A program made the position numbers and the translations under genes. From Bacteroidota bacterium (GTDB lineage Bacteria; Bacteroidota; Bacteroidia; AKYH767-A; OLB10), in NCBI GenBank assembly GCA_016714005.1, contig JADJOA010000009.1:15419-79418 (forward strand): a stretch of DNA of 64,000 nucleotides, given 5' to 3'. Below the pieces are notes generated by a model. The model had not been told where the DNA came from, made no database searches, and saw nothing but the letters and a program-made list of their open reading frames with translations. Of the stretch, positions 21,073 through 34,486 are shown piece after piece. Position 1 is the stretch's first letter. The number at the start of each line of letters is the position of its first letter.

Positions 21073-21537
21073 GTGCAAAACAACAACACAATGAAAAGAA
21101 AATTTGAAATAGCTCTGATGATTGCCTGCTTAACAGGAATATTCTATTCAACTTTTGCACCTGCTCAAAATGTAAATTACTCAAGAAAGTATCGTGTAAT
21201 TGCTTACAAAAGCGGTAATCCTTCTATAACGAGTGTTTCTAACGAAACCACAGTTATGCCTACCATTTCATTATATGTACCAAATACATTTACACCAAAT
21301 GGTGATGGTTTAAATGATACGTTTGGTGTGTATGGCGAAGCCATAAAAAATTATACCATGGAAATTTATGACAGGTGGGGCGCTAAAATCTGGTCAACAG
21401 AAAACGCCAATGATAAGTGGGATGGTAAATACAAAGGACAGTTGGCGCCACAGGGAAGTTATGCTTATAAAATTATAGCACTAGGTCCTGATGGAAAAAC
21501 GACCAACAAACAAGGTTCGGTTAACTTAATACGTTAA
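21073..21537 (+). CDS. Small secreted protein consisting essentially of a signal peptide plus a gliding-motility-associated (T9SS type B) C-terminal domain.
   Basis: Signal peptide MKRKFEIALMIACLTGIFYSTFAPAQ. YVPNTFTPNGDGLNDTFGVYGEAIKNYTMEIYDRWGAKIWS...GKYKGQLAPQGSYAYKI is the type-B CTD signature. Confidence 0.7.
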   Translation: MQNNNTMKRKFEIALMIACLTGIFYSTFAPAQNVNYSRKYRVIAYKSGNPSITSVSNETTVMPTISLYVPNTFTPNGDGLNDTFGVYGEAIKNYTMEIYDRWGAKIWSTENANDKWDGKYKGQLAPQGSYAYKIIALGPDGKTTNKQGSVNLIR

Positions 21538-21664
21538 TAAAAATGTCGCTGATAATTATATCGTACTTTATAAGTCGTTTCGACAAAAAAGGAATTATTA
21601 AAGAACGATTAAAACAAAACAAAATGCTGGCAAAACTACATGCCAAGGTTGTTTTAAAACATAG

Positions 21665-21697
21665 AAAGGCTGCCTCAATTAAGAGCAGCCTTTTTTG
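21665..21697. terminator. Hairpin plus T-run lying between convergent genes.
   Basis: AGGCTGCC-TCAATTAAGA-GCAGCCTTTTTTG. Confidence 0.55.
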
Positions 21698-21757
21698 TAT
21701 AAACTTTTCTGAGACCAACTTTATGTAAGCAAAAAGTTTTCTTAAAGTTTTTGCTTC

Positions 21758-22532
21758 TCATGATATGATCCTTTTTATCATTCGCAGGTTATGCGAATAT
21801 TTTTTTGTATCAGCATTAAAAATGCCGTGATGATCTAACGAATCTATTCTAACTTTACCTGAAGCATGAATTATTTTACTATTACCGGTAATAATACCTA
21901 CGTGTACAATTTTGCTCTCGGCATTATCAAAAAAATGCAAGGTCTCCCGCATGTGATTCTTCCAATAAATTTACGATATACCCCTGTTCTGCCTGTAAAG
22001 ATGCATCACGCAAAAGTTTATAGCCTGATAATTTATAGACCATTTGGGTGAAACCAGAACAATCAATGCCAAACGGAGAGCGGCCGCCCCACAGGTAAGG
22101 TGCATTTAAATACATATAAGCATTTTCTATCAGCTCTCTGCCCGAAGTATTTTTATCGGGATATTTTGCATTTCCTTCAAACTTAAATTTTCTGTCATTA
22201 ATTCTGCACCATCCATTTTCGAAAAAAGGCAATACGCTTCCTATTACTACAGAATAAATGTTGGGCTCTGTCATCAGCAACTGAACCAAATCATAAGATA
22301 AAAAAGCTCCTGTTTTTTGAAGAAAATTAAAATCTTTAAAATCTAATTCAGTAGCCTGAGCGGAAGCAATCCATCCTTCGTAATTATCAAAAGCAATTTT
22401 TATTCTCATCCACTCGTGTTGTTGTTCCAGCACCTCAAAGTGTTCTCCGAAAAGCAATTGTGAAACCATTTCACTTTTATGTGATGGTTCTGATCTTACA
22501 GGAACAATACTTACGCTACAAATTCCAAACAT
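21758..22532 (-). CDS. C40 family (NlpC/P60) peptidoglycan peptidase with an N-terminal SH3-like domain. Frameshift near 21950.
   Basis: YLWGGRSPFGIDCSGFTQMVY (catalytic Cys), then ...HVGIITGNSKIIHASGKVRIDSL (catalytic His) in a shifted frame. Confidence 0.8.
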
Positions 22533-22546
22533 TTTATTTTAACCCT

Positions 22547-23728
<1,182 letters not shown>

Positions 23729-23773
23729 TTTGTAATTGTGAATAGTGCATTGTTTTGTTTCTAAAAACTTCTT

Positions 23774-24990
23774 TTAAATTTTGACTTGATTCTCTTTTAT
23801 CTCTTTTGATACCTTCCTTCTTTTTCTTTCCTGAATAATTAAAGATAGCTCTCTGCCCATTTGTCCAGAAATGGATGTGTTTTCGGATGCGCGCCTGAAT
23901 AAATATGGCAAAACAGATTTAACAGGACCATAAGGTACATACTTGCAAACGTTATAACCTGCCTTTGCCAGATTAAAACTGATATGATCACTCATACCCA
24001 ACAATTGCGAAAACCAAATGTTTGGATGATTACGTGCAATACCTTTTCGTCCATTAATGTTGCAAGCAAAAGGCTGCTATTTTCATTATGGGTGCCTGCG
24101 CAAATACTTATTCTGTCAATATTATCTAAACAAAAACGAAGTGCTTCATCGTAATCTTTATCAGATGCAGCTTTATCTGGCTGAATAGGATCTTCATAGT
24201 GCATATCCACTGCCCTTTCTCTTTCTTTCTCCATATAGGCACCCCGCACTAATTTATAGCCCGGGTAATAACCGTAATTGCGCGAATGATCAAAAGAATG
24301 TTTAAGATAGGCAAGCCTGTCATGTCTATAAAGTTGTATAGTATGGAAAACTACCGCTTCAGTTTTATTATAGAACAGCATCATTTTCTCCGCCATTTCG
24401 TCTATGGCATTTTGAATCCAGCTTTCTTCGGCATCAATAAAAATTTTTACGCCATTATCGTAAGCTGTTTTGCAAATTTCATCAATCCTGCTTTGTGCTG
24501 TAGAAAAGGCTGCACTTTCTGTTATGGATAAATGCAACCCTGAACTTACTTTTTCTAATAAAGAGAATTTTGCAACACCAGTTACTTTAAACACACAAAA
24601 AGAAATGGACTTATCACCTTTAGCACGCTTAATTGTACTGATAATTTCGTCTCTTGTCTCGTTAAACAATTGCTCCGTTTCGGCACCTTCTACCGAATAA
24701 TCGAGAATGCTGCCTACATTATACTTCCACAGAGATTTTATGGTCTCCCCGCACTTTTCAATTGTTTCGCCACCCACAAAATGTTTATATAAAGTAGCTT
24801 TAATAAGAGGTTTAATTGGCAAACCAAATTGCAATGCCCTGTAAGTTATTGAAGGACCAATCTTAACTAAAAAATTATTGCTGATTAATTTAAACAGCCA
24901 ATACGCACGCATTAAATCAGCATCACTCTTGGCTTCAAAAGCGTTTTTTGTGTTTGAAAACGAAATTTTTCCGGCATATTTAAGGCCGTA
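23774..24990 (-). CDS. Proline dehydrogenase (monofunctional PutA-like). Frameshifts near 24000 and 24915.
   Basis: TIM-barrel proline dehydrogenase motifs (FIDAEESWIQ, GYKLVRGAYMEKERERA), with the C-terminus continuing in ORF 23774..24004 (LVKAGYNVCKYVPYGPV). Confidence 0.75.
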
Positions 24991-25157
24991 AACCTACCAT
25001 TTTTTTGAAGAATTGAACCGGAACTGGCCCATTTAGCATAGCTCTCAATTAACAACAATGTGTTAATTATTGCGTTTTTAATGCAATTAAAACCAGTGCA
25101 ATTTTTTTCTGATTAAATACTTTTGCAAGTAGTTTTAAAAATTGAAATAAACCCTTT

Positions 25158-26190
25158 ATGATTATGCGCAAAAAAAATTCTATTGCTTTACTTTTAATTT
25201 GCTTAAGCGCGTTTCAAATAAAAGCCCAACAACTTACTCCGCAGGATTATATTAATTTGTATAAATATGATGCTGTGGAAGATATGCTTAGAACAGGTGT
25301 ACCTGCCAGTATAACCTTAGCACAGGGTGTGCTTGAAAGTGAAAGCGGCAACAGCGATTTGGCGAGAATTGCCAATAATCATTTTGGAATAAAATGCCAT
25401 AAGGAATGGAGTGGAGATACTTTTCATAAAGATGATGATGAAAAAGCATGAGTGTTTTAGAAAATATAATACGGTTTTAGAATCATTTGACGACCACAGC
25501 AATTTTTTAAAAACCCGACCTCGTTACACTACGCTGTTTACACTTGAAATAACCGATTACAAAGGCTGGGCGAAAGGTTTAAAAAAAGCAGGCTATGCCA
25601 CCAACCCTCATTATGCTCATAAACTTATTGATCTTATTGAAAGATATAATCTTAACGAACTTGATCAGTTAAAATCATCAGCAGGTTTAACACCTTCTTT
25701 GCAAATAAAAAATAGTACTATCGCAAGTAGTGAGAGTGTAAAGTCTTCAGTAGGCGTTCCTGAAAAAGCGGAGGTTAAAAATTTGGAGAAGCCGAATCCG
25801 GTAAATGATACACAACGTACCACTTCAACTATTAAGATTAAACAGCCGCATTATTTTGCAGAAAAGAACAATGTAAAATATGTGATTGCCAAAAAAGGAG
25901 ATACATGGATGAGCATTGCCGATAAAAATGAAATGATGTTGTGGCAGGTTTTAAAGTATAATGATGCCGGTCGTGATGATTTTTTGCCTGAAGGAACCAT
26001 CGTTTATATCAAACCCAAAAGAGCAAATGCCACAGAAGCATTTCATGTGGTAAAAGATGGAGAGACTATGCGTGATATTTCCCAGTTGTATGCCGTGAAA
26101 CTTTTTCAGCTTTACAAGAAAAACCAAATGGAGCCCGGCACGCCCTTAACGCCCGGTATGAGAATTATCCTGAGCGATTCAGGCAATTAA
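25158..26190 (+). CDS. Secreted peptidoglycan hydrolase with a glucosaminidase (FlgJ-like) domain plus two LysM domains. Frameshift near 25440.
   Basis: Signal peptide. ITLAQGVLESESGNSDLARIANNHFGIKC (the glucosaminidase catalytic region). Two LysM-like segments (YVIAKKGDTWMSIADKN..., HVVKDGETMRDISQLYAVK...). Confidence 0.75.
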
Positions 26191-26217
26191 AATACAGCGA
26201 TAGGTAACAGCAAAAAC

Positions 26218-27406
26218 CTATTTCCCTTCCATCCAAGATTTATAATAATCGGGGATTATAATTTTCATAGCTTCTTCTGTTAACCAGAGTGGCTTAAATG
26301 TATCAACCATTACTGCAAGCTCCTTTGTTTCTTTAGCACCCAAAGATTTTTCTACCGTTCCCGGATGGGGCCCATGTGGTATGCCTCCCGGGTGTAATGT
26401 AATTTGCCCTTTGGTTACACTCTTACGACTCATAAAATCGCCATCAACATAATAAAGCACTTCATCACTGTCTATGTTGCTGTGGTTGTAAGGCACAGGA
26501 ATTCCGAGCGGATGATAGTCATACATTCTTGGCACAAAAGAACATACCACAAAATTATGCGCTTCAAAAGTCTGGTGTATGGGTGGTGGCATGTGTACAC
26601 GACCAGTAATAGGTTCAAAATCATGAATAGAAAAAATATAAGGATAACAGTTACCATCCCAACCAACAGCATCAAAAGGATGGGTGGCATAAATAAACGG
26701 ATATACTATACCCTGTTTTTATCATCACTTTAAACTCGCCTTTTTCATCAAACGTTTTTAAGTTTTGCGGCTTGCGTATATCGCGCTCGCACATTGGGGC
26801 ATGCTCTTCAAACTGTCCGTATTCATTACGGTAGCGCCTCGAAACTCAATGGCAGTAAAGAATCAACAATAAACAGGCGGTTATTTTCATCGTTAAAATG
26901 TAGCTGGAAAATAGTACCGCGTGGAATAATTATATAATCGCCATATTTAAAATCTATACTGCCATAAATAGTATCTATCCTGCCGCTGCCCTGGTGTACG
27001 AATATAATTTCATCAGCATCGGCATTTTTTAAAAAATAATCTGTAATAGATTTTTTAGGTGCCGCTAATGATATATGCAAATCATTGTTAACCAAAACAG
27101 GTTTCTTGCTGAGGATATAATCATCTTCTGGTGTAACACTAAATCCCTGAAAACTTTGGTGAAGTAAAGACCTTTTCATGGCAATCTTAGGCTCCCGCGA
27201 AAAAGGCTCACCTGCACTTTTTATCATTGTAGGTGGATGGCAGTGATAAAGCAAGGAATAAACGTTGCTGAAACCATGCGTAGAAAAAGTTCTTCGGCAT
27301 ATAAGGCTCCATCGGGCTTGCGAAATTGAGTATGTCTTTTTGCCGGAATTTTTCCGAGTGAATGATACTGTGGCATTTCTGAAAATTTGTCAACGAAATT
27401 AAGCAA
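26218..27406 (-). CDS. hmgA: Homogentisate 1,2-dioxygenase. At least two frameshifts (about 26600-26830 and about 27220).
   Basis: N-terminal ...QYHSLGKIPAKRHTQFRKPDGALYAEEL. C-terminal ...HPGGIPHGPHPGTVEKSLGAKET... The middle section lies in a third frame. Confidence 0.8.
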
Positions 27407-27506
27407 TTAAAATATTTTTGAATGACCAGAGGTTTAAAACAAAATCAATATCTTCATTATATATGCTGTAGTGTACCTTATTTTTGAGATCATAAAAATC
27501 AATAAC

Positions 27507-28570
27507 ATGAAAAAATATTTACACTCATTCTATCAGTGCTTGCTATTCATAGCCTTGCACAAATTACCATCACTCAAACCGATTTGCCTATTGTTGGCAC
27601 TTATTACATTAATGCTACCGATAGCAATTATGTTGCACCCATACCGGCTGGCGGTGCTGCCCAGTCGTGGAATTATTCTTCACTTTTAAATAACGTCCAA
27701 GATACAATAGGCTTTATGAGTTCTGTTGGTACGCCCTATGCAAGTACTTTTCCACAGGCTAATCTTGCGGGTTTTGATGCAAATACCAATGCGTGGATTT
27801 ATTTTATTTCCAACAGCACGGGCTTTTATGTAAACGGTGCGTACTCTTCTGCTTTTTTTGGCGGCATTTTATTAAATTATAATCCCCCTCAACTTATTGT
27901 TCCAGCACCGTTTACTTATAATGACACACGACTCTCTAACTACAGATTTGAATATGCCGATACTACTTCACTCATATCCGGCAGTCCTGATTCAGTAAAG
28001 TACATTATTAACGGCACTATTAATATGTTGGGCGATGGATATGGTTTATTAACATTACCTAATGCAAATCATCCAAACACATTAAGAATAAAAAGCACAA
28101 CAGTTCAATCAGATACCATACAAGTTAAAATTCCATTCGTTGGGTGGACAACTTTTAGCTCTACACAAACCCAAACAACAAATTACCGCTGGGTAAAAAA
28201 CGGAACCGCAAGTAATGCTTTGCTTCTTGAAATTTCTGCCGACAGTGCGGGACAAACATCTGAAACATCGTCCTATCTTTTAAACTCTGGAGTTGTTGCG
28301 GTTAGCAATGAAGTTAAAAATGAAAGCAAGACAACAGCATACCCCACTCCAGCAAAAGATTTCATCACCTTTAATTTTAATAACAGGTTAAATAGTGATG
28401 CTGTTTTGGTTATTTACAATGCACAGGGACAAAAAGTAAAGCAAATAAATGTTGGCAACCTCGATATTTTTACAGCCAGAGTAAACTTATTCGTTAACGG
28501 AGTTTATTTTTATAATGTTGTTTCAACTAATGGTATAGAAGATAAAGGAAGGTTTGTTGTAAATAAATAA
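27507..28570 (+). CDS. Secreted protein with a T9SS C-terminal sorting domain and unknown function. Frame break near 27530.
   Basis: MKKIFTLILSVLAIHSLAQ signal peptide recovered across frames. Por-type CTD YPTPAKDFITFNFNN...VYFYNVVSTNGIEDKGRFVVNK. Confidence 0.65.
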
Positions 28571-28606
28571 TTTATTTCTTTTTACAGGACTGGGTGGTTT
28601 GTTAAT

Positions 28607-29716
28607 TCAAACTTCCCGGTTTTTCCATTTTATATGCTTACCTAAAACAGAAAGAATAAATACCACAGATAGGTAAACAGGATTTAAAATCAAGACATAA
28701 AAAAAGTATTGCAGTAACCCTTCTTGCTTTGTAAATGTGCTAAACGAAAACAAATAGATGAAATCAAAAACACATTTTGCAAAAAGCACAATATAAAAAG
28801 GAAAAATAGATCCTCCTGTTATGAGGCATACAAGAAGAGAAAAGGGCAAAAAAATATTTACCACAAGTAAAAATATTCCAAGCAATGTTATTACCGGTTT
28901 TTTATAAACAGGTGTTTTCTTTGCCCATCTTACACGCTGTTCAATAAATGTTTTTAGGTTACTTATAGGTTGGGTAGTAATCAGTACATTATTATTTTTT
29001 AAATAAGAAACTGCTTTGCTTCCATATTTTTCTTTTAAGGCAAAAAGAAGAAAAGTATCATCGCCTGAACTAAGGTTCTTTCCTCCCACCCCATCAAATA
29101 CCTCAAGATAATCTTGTTTTAAAAATGCAAGGTTTGCACCATTGCACATAATGGGATAATTTGCCGAAACAAGAGAAGCAGTAATTGCTTGCAAGCCCAT
29201 AAACTCAAGTGCCTGGCAGTTTTCAAGAAATGTTTTTCCTGCAAGTTTTACAGGCATCACCAGCATTTTATTAGTTGATGCATTAAACCTTTGGTGAATA
29301 GTATCAAGCCATTTTACAGAATGAATGCAATCAGCATCGGTGGTTACTATAATATTGTACTGCGCATGTAAAACTCCTTTGTGTATCGCATGCTTTTTTC
29401 CACTTTCTGTTTCATCAAGTTCAATTGTTTTTAGCTGAAATGATAAACCGGCAACGTTAATTTTTTCTAGTGTTGCGTCCTCTGAGTGGTCATTTACAAT
29501 TATCACTTCAAACAAATTACTTGATAACGATTGACTATCCAGCGATTTAATTAAAGTGGAAATATTCTCTTCTTCGTTTCTTATAGCAATAACAACACTG
29601 ATTTTATTTCCTGAATTATGTAGTATAGGTTTTTCCTTTAGCTTTATCCATGAAACGAAACAAAACAAGATAAACATTGCATAGGCAGCCGCAAGAAAAA
29701 TTGAAATGTAAATCAT
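28607..29716 (-). CDS. Membrane-anchored family 2 glycosyltransferase.
   Basis: GT-A fold motifs ISVVIAIRNEEENISTLIKSL, EVIIVNDHSEDAT and TDADC, with N- and C-terminal TM helices. Intact 369-aa ORF. Confidence 0.75.
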   Translation of the reverse strand: MIYISIFLAAAYAMFILFCFVSWIKLKEKPILHNSGNKISVVIAIRNEEENISTLIKSLDSQSLSSNLFEVIIVNDHSEDATLEKINVAGLSFQLKTIELDETESGKKHAIHKGVLHAQYNIIVTTDADCIHSVKWLDTIHQRFNASTNKMLVMPVKLAGKTFLENCQALEFMGLQAITASLVSANYPIMCNGANLAFLKQDYLEVFDGVGGKNLSSGDDTFLLFALKEKYGSKAVSYLKNNNVLITTQPISNLKTFIEQRVRWAKKTPVYKKPVITLLGIFLLVVNIFLPFSLLVCLITGGSIFPFYIVLFAKCVFDFIYLFSFSTFTKQEGLLQYFFYVLILNPVYLSVVFILSVLGKHIKWKNREV

Positions 29717-30531
29717 GTGTTAGTTCCCCTCCTTGAAAATTTAGCTCCCACAAACAGAACACTTCCTGCCAGGGAAGGGATAACAAGATTAATAAACCAA
29801 ACGGCAAACGATACGGTTAATATAGCTGAAATGTCACTAATCATATTCTGCATAACAAATGCCGACACAGAAACCCGCATGGCTGGCTCAAGTATAGCAA
29901 TGCTGGGTAGAATGGTCATAACCAAAAAGATTAAGCCGGTGGAAAAAAATAAGTCTGAAAATGGAAGATGAATATCAGCTACTTTAAAATTAACACATAC
30001 TGCAAGGTAAAAATCACATACCTAAATGCCGACAAACCGGCTACTGTTACCAAATCTTTTTTGAATAAGTTTCATATACCTTTAAGTACTTTTCTAAAAA
30101 GTTTTTCTTGATAAAAGGTAATCTTACTTTTGAAATAAGATGGATGTTAAAGTAAAAGTAAATTAGCGGCAACCCCAATAAAACTGCTCCTGAAATAAGC
30201 GCAAACGAAACTTCAGAACTAAAATGTGTAAGCCGCGGAAATAAAACCGCTAATGAAACAATACCTGCAAGTAAGGTGATAATTAACTGACTAAGACTTG
30301 CGGCAATAGCAGCAAGTGCTCCATTTATTCTATTGCTCTCATTTAGTATTAACACTCTGCCCGCAAATTCGCCCACGCGGTTAGGTGTAAAAAAGTAAGT
30401 GCCACACCTAACAATACTCCGTGCAACGCTTTGGCAAAAGATATTTTTGTTTCGTACTTGAGCAAAAATCTCCATTTAACAGCTTCCATTCCCCAATTAA
30501 CTATCATTAACAAAATGGTCAACAGTAGCAA
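29713..30531 (-). CDS. Flippase-like (lysylphosphatidylglycerol-synthase TM-region family, UPF0104) membrane protein. Multiple frameshifts. It may extend upstream to 30770.
   Basis: Polytopic membrane protein split over ORFs 29713..29925, 30047..30475 and 30349..30531. Its stop overlaps the GT2 start. Frequent GT2 plus flippase-like pairing. Confidence 0.45.
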
Positions 30532-30729
30532 TATACATTTGCCCGTATTGGTTAAAGCATTGTTAACAAAACTTAAAAAATTTCAAACTCGTTTTTATTG
30601 AAAACTTGTTTGCAAATAAAAAATACTGCAAGTACAGTAATGCTAACTTTGAGCAGTGCGTAAAGAAAATTTATTTTAGTTCCGTGCAAGAAAATTTCTG
30701 TTGTAGCCACAATTATAATAAAACCAAGC

Positions 30730-31281
30730 TTGAAAAGAGATAAAATAATTCTTGGCATAGACCCCGGCACAAATATTATGGGTTATGGAGTTATTGAAGT
30801 TACAGGTAATATACTGAAATTAATTTCGGCAGGAGTCATCTCTTTAGAAAAATACGATAATCATCCATTAAAGCTCAAACATATATTTGAGAAAACTTCC
30901 GGATTAATATCTCAGTATTTACCTGATGAATTAGCAATTGAAGCACCCTTCTTTGGAAAAAACGTGCAAAGCATGTTAAAACTTGGAAGAGCACAAGGTG
31001 TAGCGCTTGCTGCTGCATTGCAAAAAGATGTCCCTGTTTTTGAGTACAGCCCTAAAAAAATTAAACAATCGGTTACCGGTAACGGCAGTGCAAGTAAGGA
31101 ACAAGTAGCAGCTATGCTCCAAACATTATTACAATTTGAAACCACACCAAAATACTTAGATGCAACTGACGGATTAGCAGCAGCCGTATGCCATCATTTT
31201 CAAAATAACGGAATAGTAAAAGCTGCCCGTGCAACAAACTGGCAAACATTTATAAAACAAAACCCCGAACGATTAGCATAA
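30730..31281 (+). CDS. ruvC: Crossover junction endodeoxyribonuclease RuvC.
   Basis: IILGIDPGTNIMGYGVIE... and the RNase-H fold acidic motifs ELAIEAPFFGKNVQS and ATDGLAAAVCHHFQ. Confidence 0.9.
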   Translation: MKRDKIILGIDPGTNIMGYGVIEVTGNILKLISAGVISLEKYDNHPLKLKHIFEKTSGLISQYLPDELAIEAPFFGKNVQSMLKLGRAQGVALAAALQKDVPVFEYSPKKIKQSVTGNGSASKEQVAAMLQTLLQFETTPKYLDATDGLAAAVCHHFQNNGIVKAARATNWQTFIKQNPERLA

Positions 31282-31288
31282 CACATTT

Positions 31289-33521
31289 ATGACCACTAAA
31301 ACTTTATCCCTCTCCTTAATTGCACTTGCACTTACCACTTCAGTATTTGCAAAAAAAAAGAAAAGTAAAGCAACCCCTAGTTCTGTAAAACAAGAAAAGC
31401 CAATTGAAGAAATTAATGGAACAGAAATGCTCAGGATAGAAGACATCTTTGGCAGCCCGAAATTTTTTGCAAAAGTGTTACCGAATTGCGAAGCCTCAAA
31501 AGCGGAGAGCACTTTACAAACGTTGACGACAAAAACAATATTATAAAATACGAATACAAAACCGGCAATGCTATTGACACTATTCTAAAAGCAGAGACCT
31601 TACCATTTAAAAGTGGCAAAATGGATTTTAGTTTTGATGAGTATGTTTTCAGTAATGATGAAACAAAACTCTTGCTTTCAACAGCAACTGAGAGCATTTT
31701 CAGACATAGCACCAAAGAGTAATTATTACGTGTACGACTTAGTTGCTCAAAAAATTATTTCCGTTTCTGACAATGGCAAACAGATGTATGCAACTTTTAA
31801 CAGCAGCGGGGATATGGTGGCTTTTGTAAGAACGAACAACCTGTACCTAAAAATTTAAAAACAGGAGAAGAAAAGGCGCTAACTGATGACGGTAAAAAGA
31901 ATGAAATAATTAATGGTGCAACTGATTGGGTTTACGAAGAAGAATTCAGTTTTGACAGAGCTTATCAGTGGAATGCATCAGGGACAAAAATTGCGTATTA
32001 TAAGTTTAATGAGAAAAACGTAATGGAATTTACACTGCAGTATTTTGACAGCCTTTACCCGCGTAACGAAACTTACAAATACCCTAAAGCAGGAGAAGAA
32101 AACAGCAAAGTTGAAATTTACACCTACGATGTCACAACCTGGGTAACAAAAAAAATTGACATTGGCAGGGACTATGAATATATACCACGCATTAAATGGA
32201 CTCAGGATGATAACCAACTTTGCGTTTTTAAAATGAACAGGCAACAAAATAAATTAGACCTAATGATTTGCGATGCCACTACAGGAAAATCAAACGTGCT
32301 TTTGCATGAAGAGAACAAATCTTTTATTGAAATAAATGATGACCTGACTTTCCTCCCCAACAAATCAAATTTTATATGGACAAGCACAAGAAGTGGATAC
32401 AATCATATTTACCTATACAAAATGGATGGTGCGCTTGATAAGCAAATTACTTCGGGTAATTATGATGTTACAGAATATTACGGTTACAATCCATCAACAA
32501 AAACATTTTATTACCAAAGTGCCGAAGTTTCGCCAATGGATAGACAAGTTTACAGCATGACTATCGATGGGAAGAAAAACTTGTTGAGTATGCCTAACGG
32601 TACCAACGCTGCTAACTTCAGTGACGGGTACAAGTATTTTGTTAATACCTATTCTGCATCAGCAATTCCCACCCAATGCAGTGTATATTCAATTGCCGGT
32701 AAATCTTTACGCGTATTGGAAGATAATGCCTCCGTAAAATCTGAAATGAAAAAATACAACCTGAGCAAACAGGAATTTTTCAATTTTACCACTTCAGAAA
32801 ATATTTCTTTAAATGGGTGGATGATTAAACCAGTAAACTTTGAAGCTTCGAAAAAATACCCTGTATTGGTTTTTGTTTATGGCGGACCTGGTGTGCAAAC
32901 TGTGCGCAACGCATGGGGTAGTTCAAATTATTTTTGGTTTGAAATGCTTGCACAAAAGGGTTATGTAGTAGTAAGTGTAGATAACAGGGGAACTCCAGGA
33001 AGAGGTTTGGAATTTGCAAACAGCGTTTACCGAAACCTTGGACACAATGAAGTAAATGACCAAATTGAGCTTGCAAAATATTTACAGAAGCAAACTTATG
33101 TTGATGCCAATCGTATTGGCGTTTATGGATGGAGTTATGGTGGGTATATGTCCAGCTTGCTAATGACAAAGGGCGCTGATTATTTTAAAACAGGTATTGC
33201 AGTGGCACCTGTTACCAACTGGCGTTTTACGATTCTATCTATACCGAACGCTATTTGTTTACCCCACAGGATAATCCTAAAGGATATGATGACAACAGTC
33301 CTATCAACTTTGCCGACAAACTAAAAGGGAAATACTTACTCATACATGGATTGACGGATGATAATGTTCATTTCCAAAATGCAGCACACATGGTTAATGC
33401 TTTAGTGAAAAGTAAAAAACAGTTTGATTCTTTTTACTATCCTAACCGTGCACACGGATTGGCAGGTGCAAGGCTGCATGTTCATTCTATGATGACAGAT
33501 TACATCTTAAAGAACTTGTAA
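31289..33521 (+). CDS. Dipeptidyl-peptidase IV (S9B prolyl oligopeptidase family). At least five frameshifts.
   Basis: Signal peptide, beta-propeller N-terminal region, catalytic GWSYGGYM (Ser), and a C-terminal HGLTDDNVHFQN...NRAHG (Asp/His) in ORF 33255..33521. Confidence 0.85.
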
Positions 33522-33525
33522 AATA

Positions 33526-33870
33526 ATGCTTGTTTCTAAAAACGAGCTCAATCATTACAATTGGGGAAACAACTGTGATGGCTGGTGTTTGCTTGACACT
33601 AATGAGTTAAGTGTAATTGAAGAATTAATGCTTCCGGGCACCGTTGAAACTATGCATTACCATAAAAAAGCAACTCAGTTGTTTTATATTTTAACTGGCG
33701 AAGCAACTTTTACAATTGATAATAAGGTGTTGGTTTCAAAGCAGGGAGAGTGTATAAAAATTCTTCCTAATCAAATTCATAAAATTGAAAACAATTCATT
33801 TGCTGATTTGCGGTTTTTATTAGTAAGCCAACCCAAAGCTCAGCAAGACAGATTTGAAATTACAATTTGA
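33526..33870 (+). CDS. Cupin domain protein.
   Basis: 114 aa, with HYHKKATQLFYILTGEATFTIDNKVLVSKQGECIKILPNQIHKIEN as the cupin motif pair. Confidence 0.6.
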   Translation: MLVSKNELNHYNWGNNCDGWCLLDTNELSVIEELMLPGTVETMHYHKKATQLFYILTGEATFTIDNKVLVSKQGECIKILPNQIHKIENNSFADLRFLLVSQPKAQQDRFEITI

Positions 33871-34440
33871 AATTTTGAAGCAGAAAACGATAAGGAAGTA
33901 AAGCGTCTTTCCGGCTGATTCCACTCCTATGCGAGGTGTAATTTTAATTTGGTTATTTTTTATTTTGAGTCCTCTGTCTTCAATCCAGATTTTATCCTCA
34001 AACAAACTTAATCCATTGTGAGATTTATTAATTCCTAAAGCAACTGAAGCAGTGCCTGGTCCGGTAGAAAAACTTTTGTCAGTAATTTTTTTACCTCTCC
34101 TTTTCTCCATTATTACTATACCATCACTCGGAATAATGTTTCTGATTAGTACTGCATGAGGAATATCTTTTTCATTAGTAACCACATTGAATAAATGATG
34201 CATACCATAACAAATATAAACATAACTTGTTCCTGCATTAGCATACATAATTTCGTTACGTTTAGTGCGTTTGTTGTTGTATGCGTGAGAGGCGCGATCA
34301 ACAATACCATTATATGCTTCCGTTTCGGAAATAATGCCTGAAGTATATTGACCATTAAAATTAGTTACTAATATTTTACCAATTAAATCGCGAGCTACCT
34401 TTACAACACCCGGCTTTAGATAGAACGATAACGGAAGCAT
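33820..34440 (-). CDS. DNA-3-methyladenine glycosylase (Mpg/AAG family). C-terminal frame break likely.
   Basis: LIGKILV...ISETEAYNGIVDRASHAYNNKRTKRNEIMYANAGTSYVYICYGMHHLFNVVT is characteristic of the Pfam 3-MeA glycosylase II (AAG) family. Confidence 0.8.
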   Translation of the reverse strand: MLPLSFYLKPGVVKVARDLIGKILVTNFNGQYTSGIISETEAYNGIVDRASHAYNNKRTKRNEIMYANAGTSYVYICYGMHHLFNVVTNEKDIPHAVLIRNIIPSDGIVIMEKRRGKKITDKSFSTGPGTASVALGINKSHNGLSLFEDKIWIEDRGLKIKNNQIKITPRIGVESAGKTLYFLIVFCFKISNCNFKSVLLSFGLAY

Positions 34441-34486
34441 AAACAGAAATTTTAAAAACCAATTATGCTTTCGTTACCACATAGAT

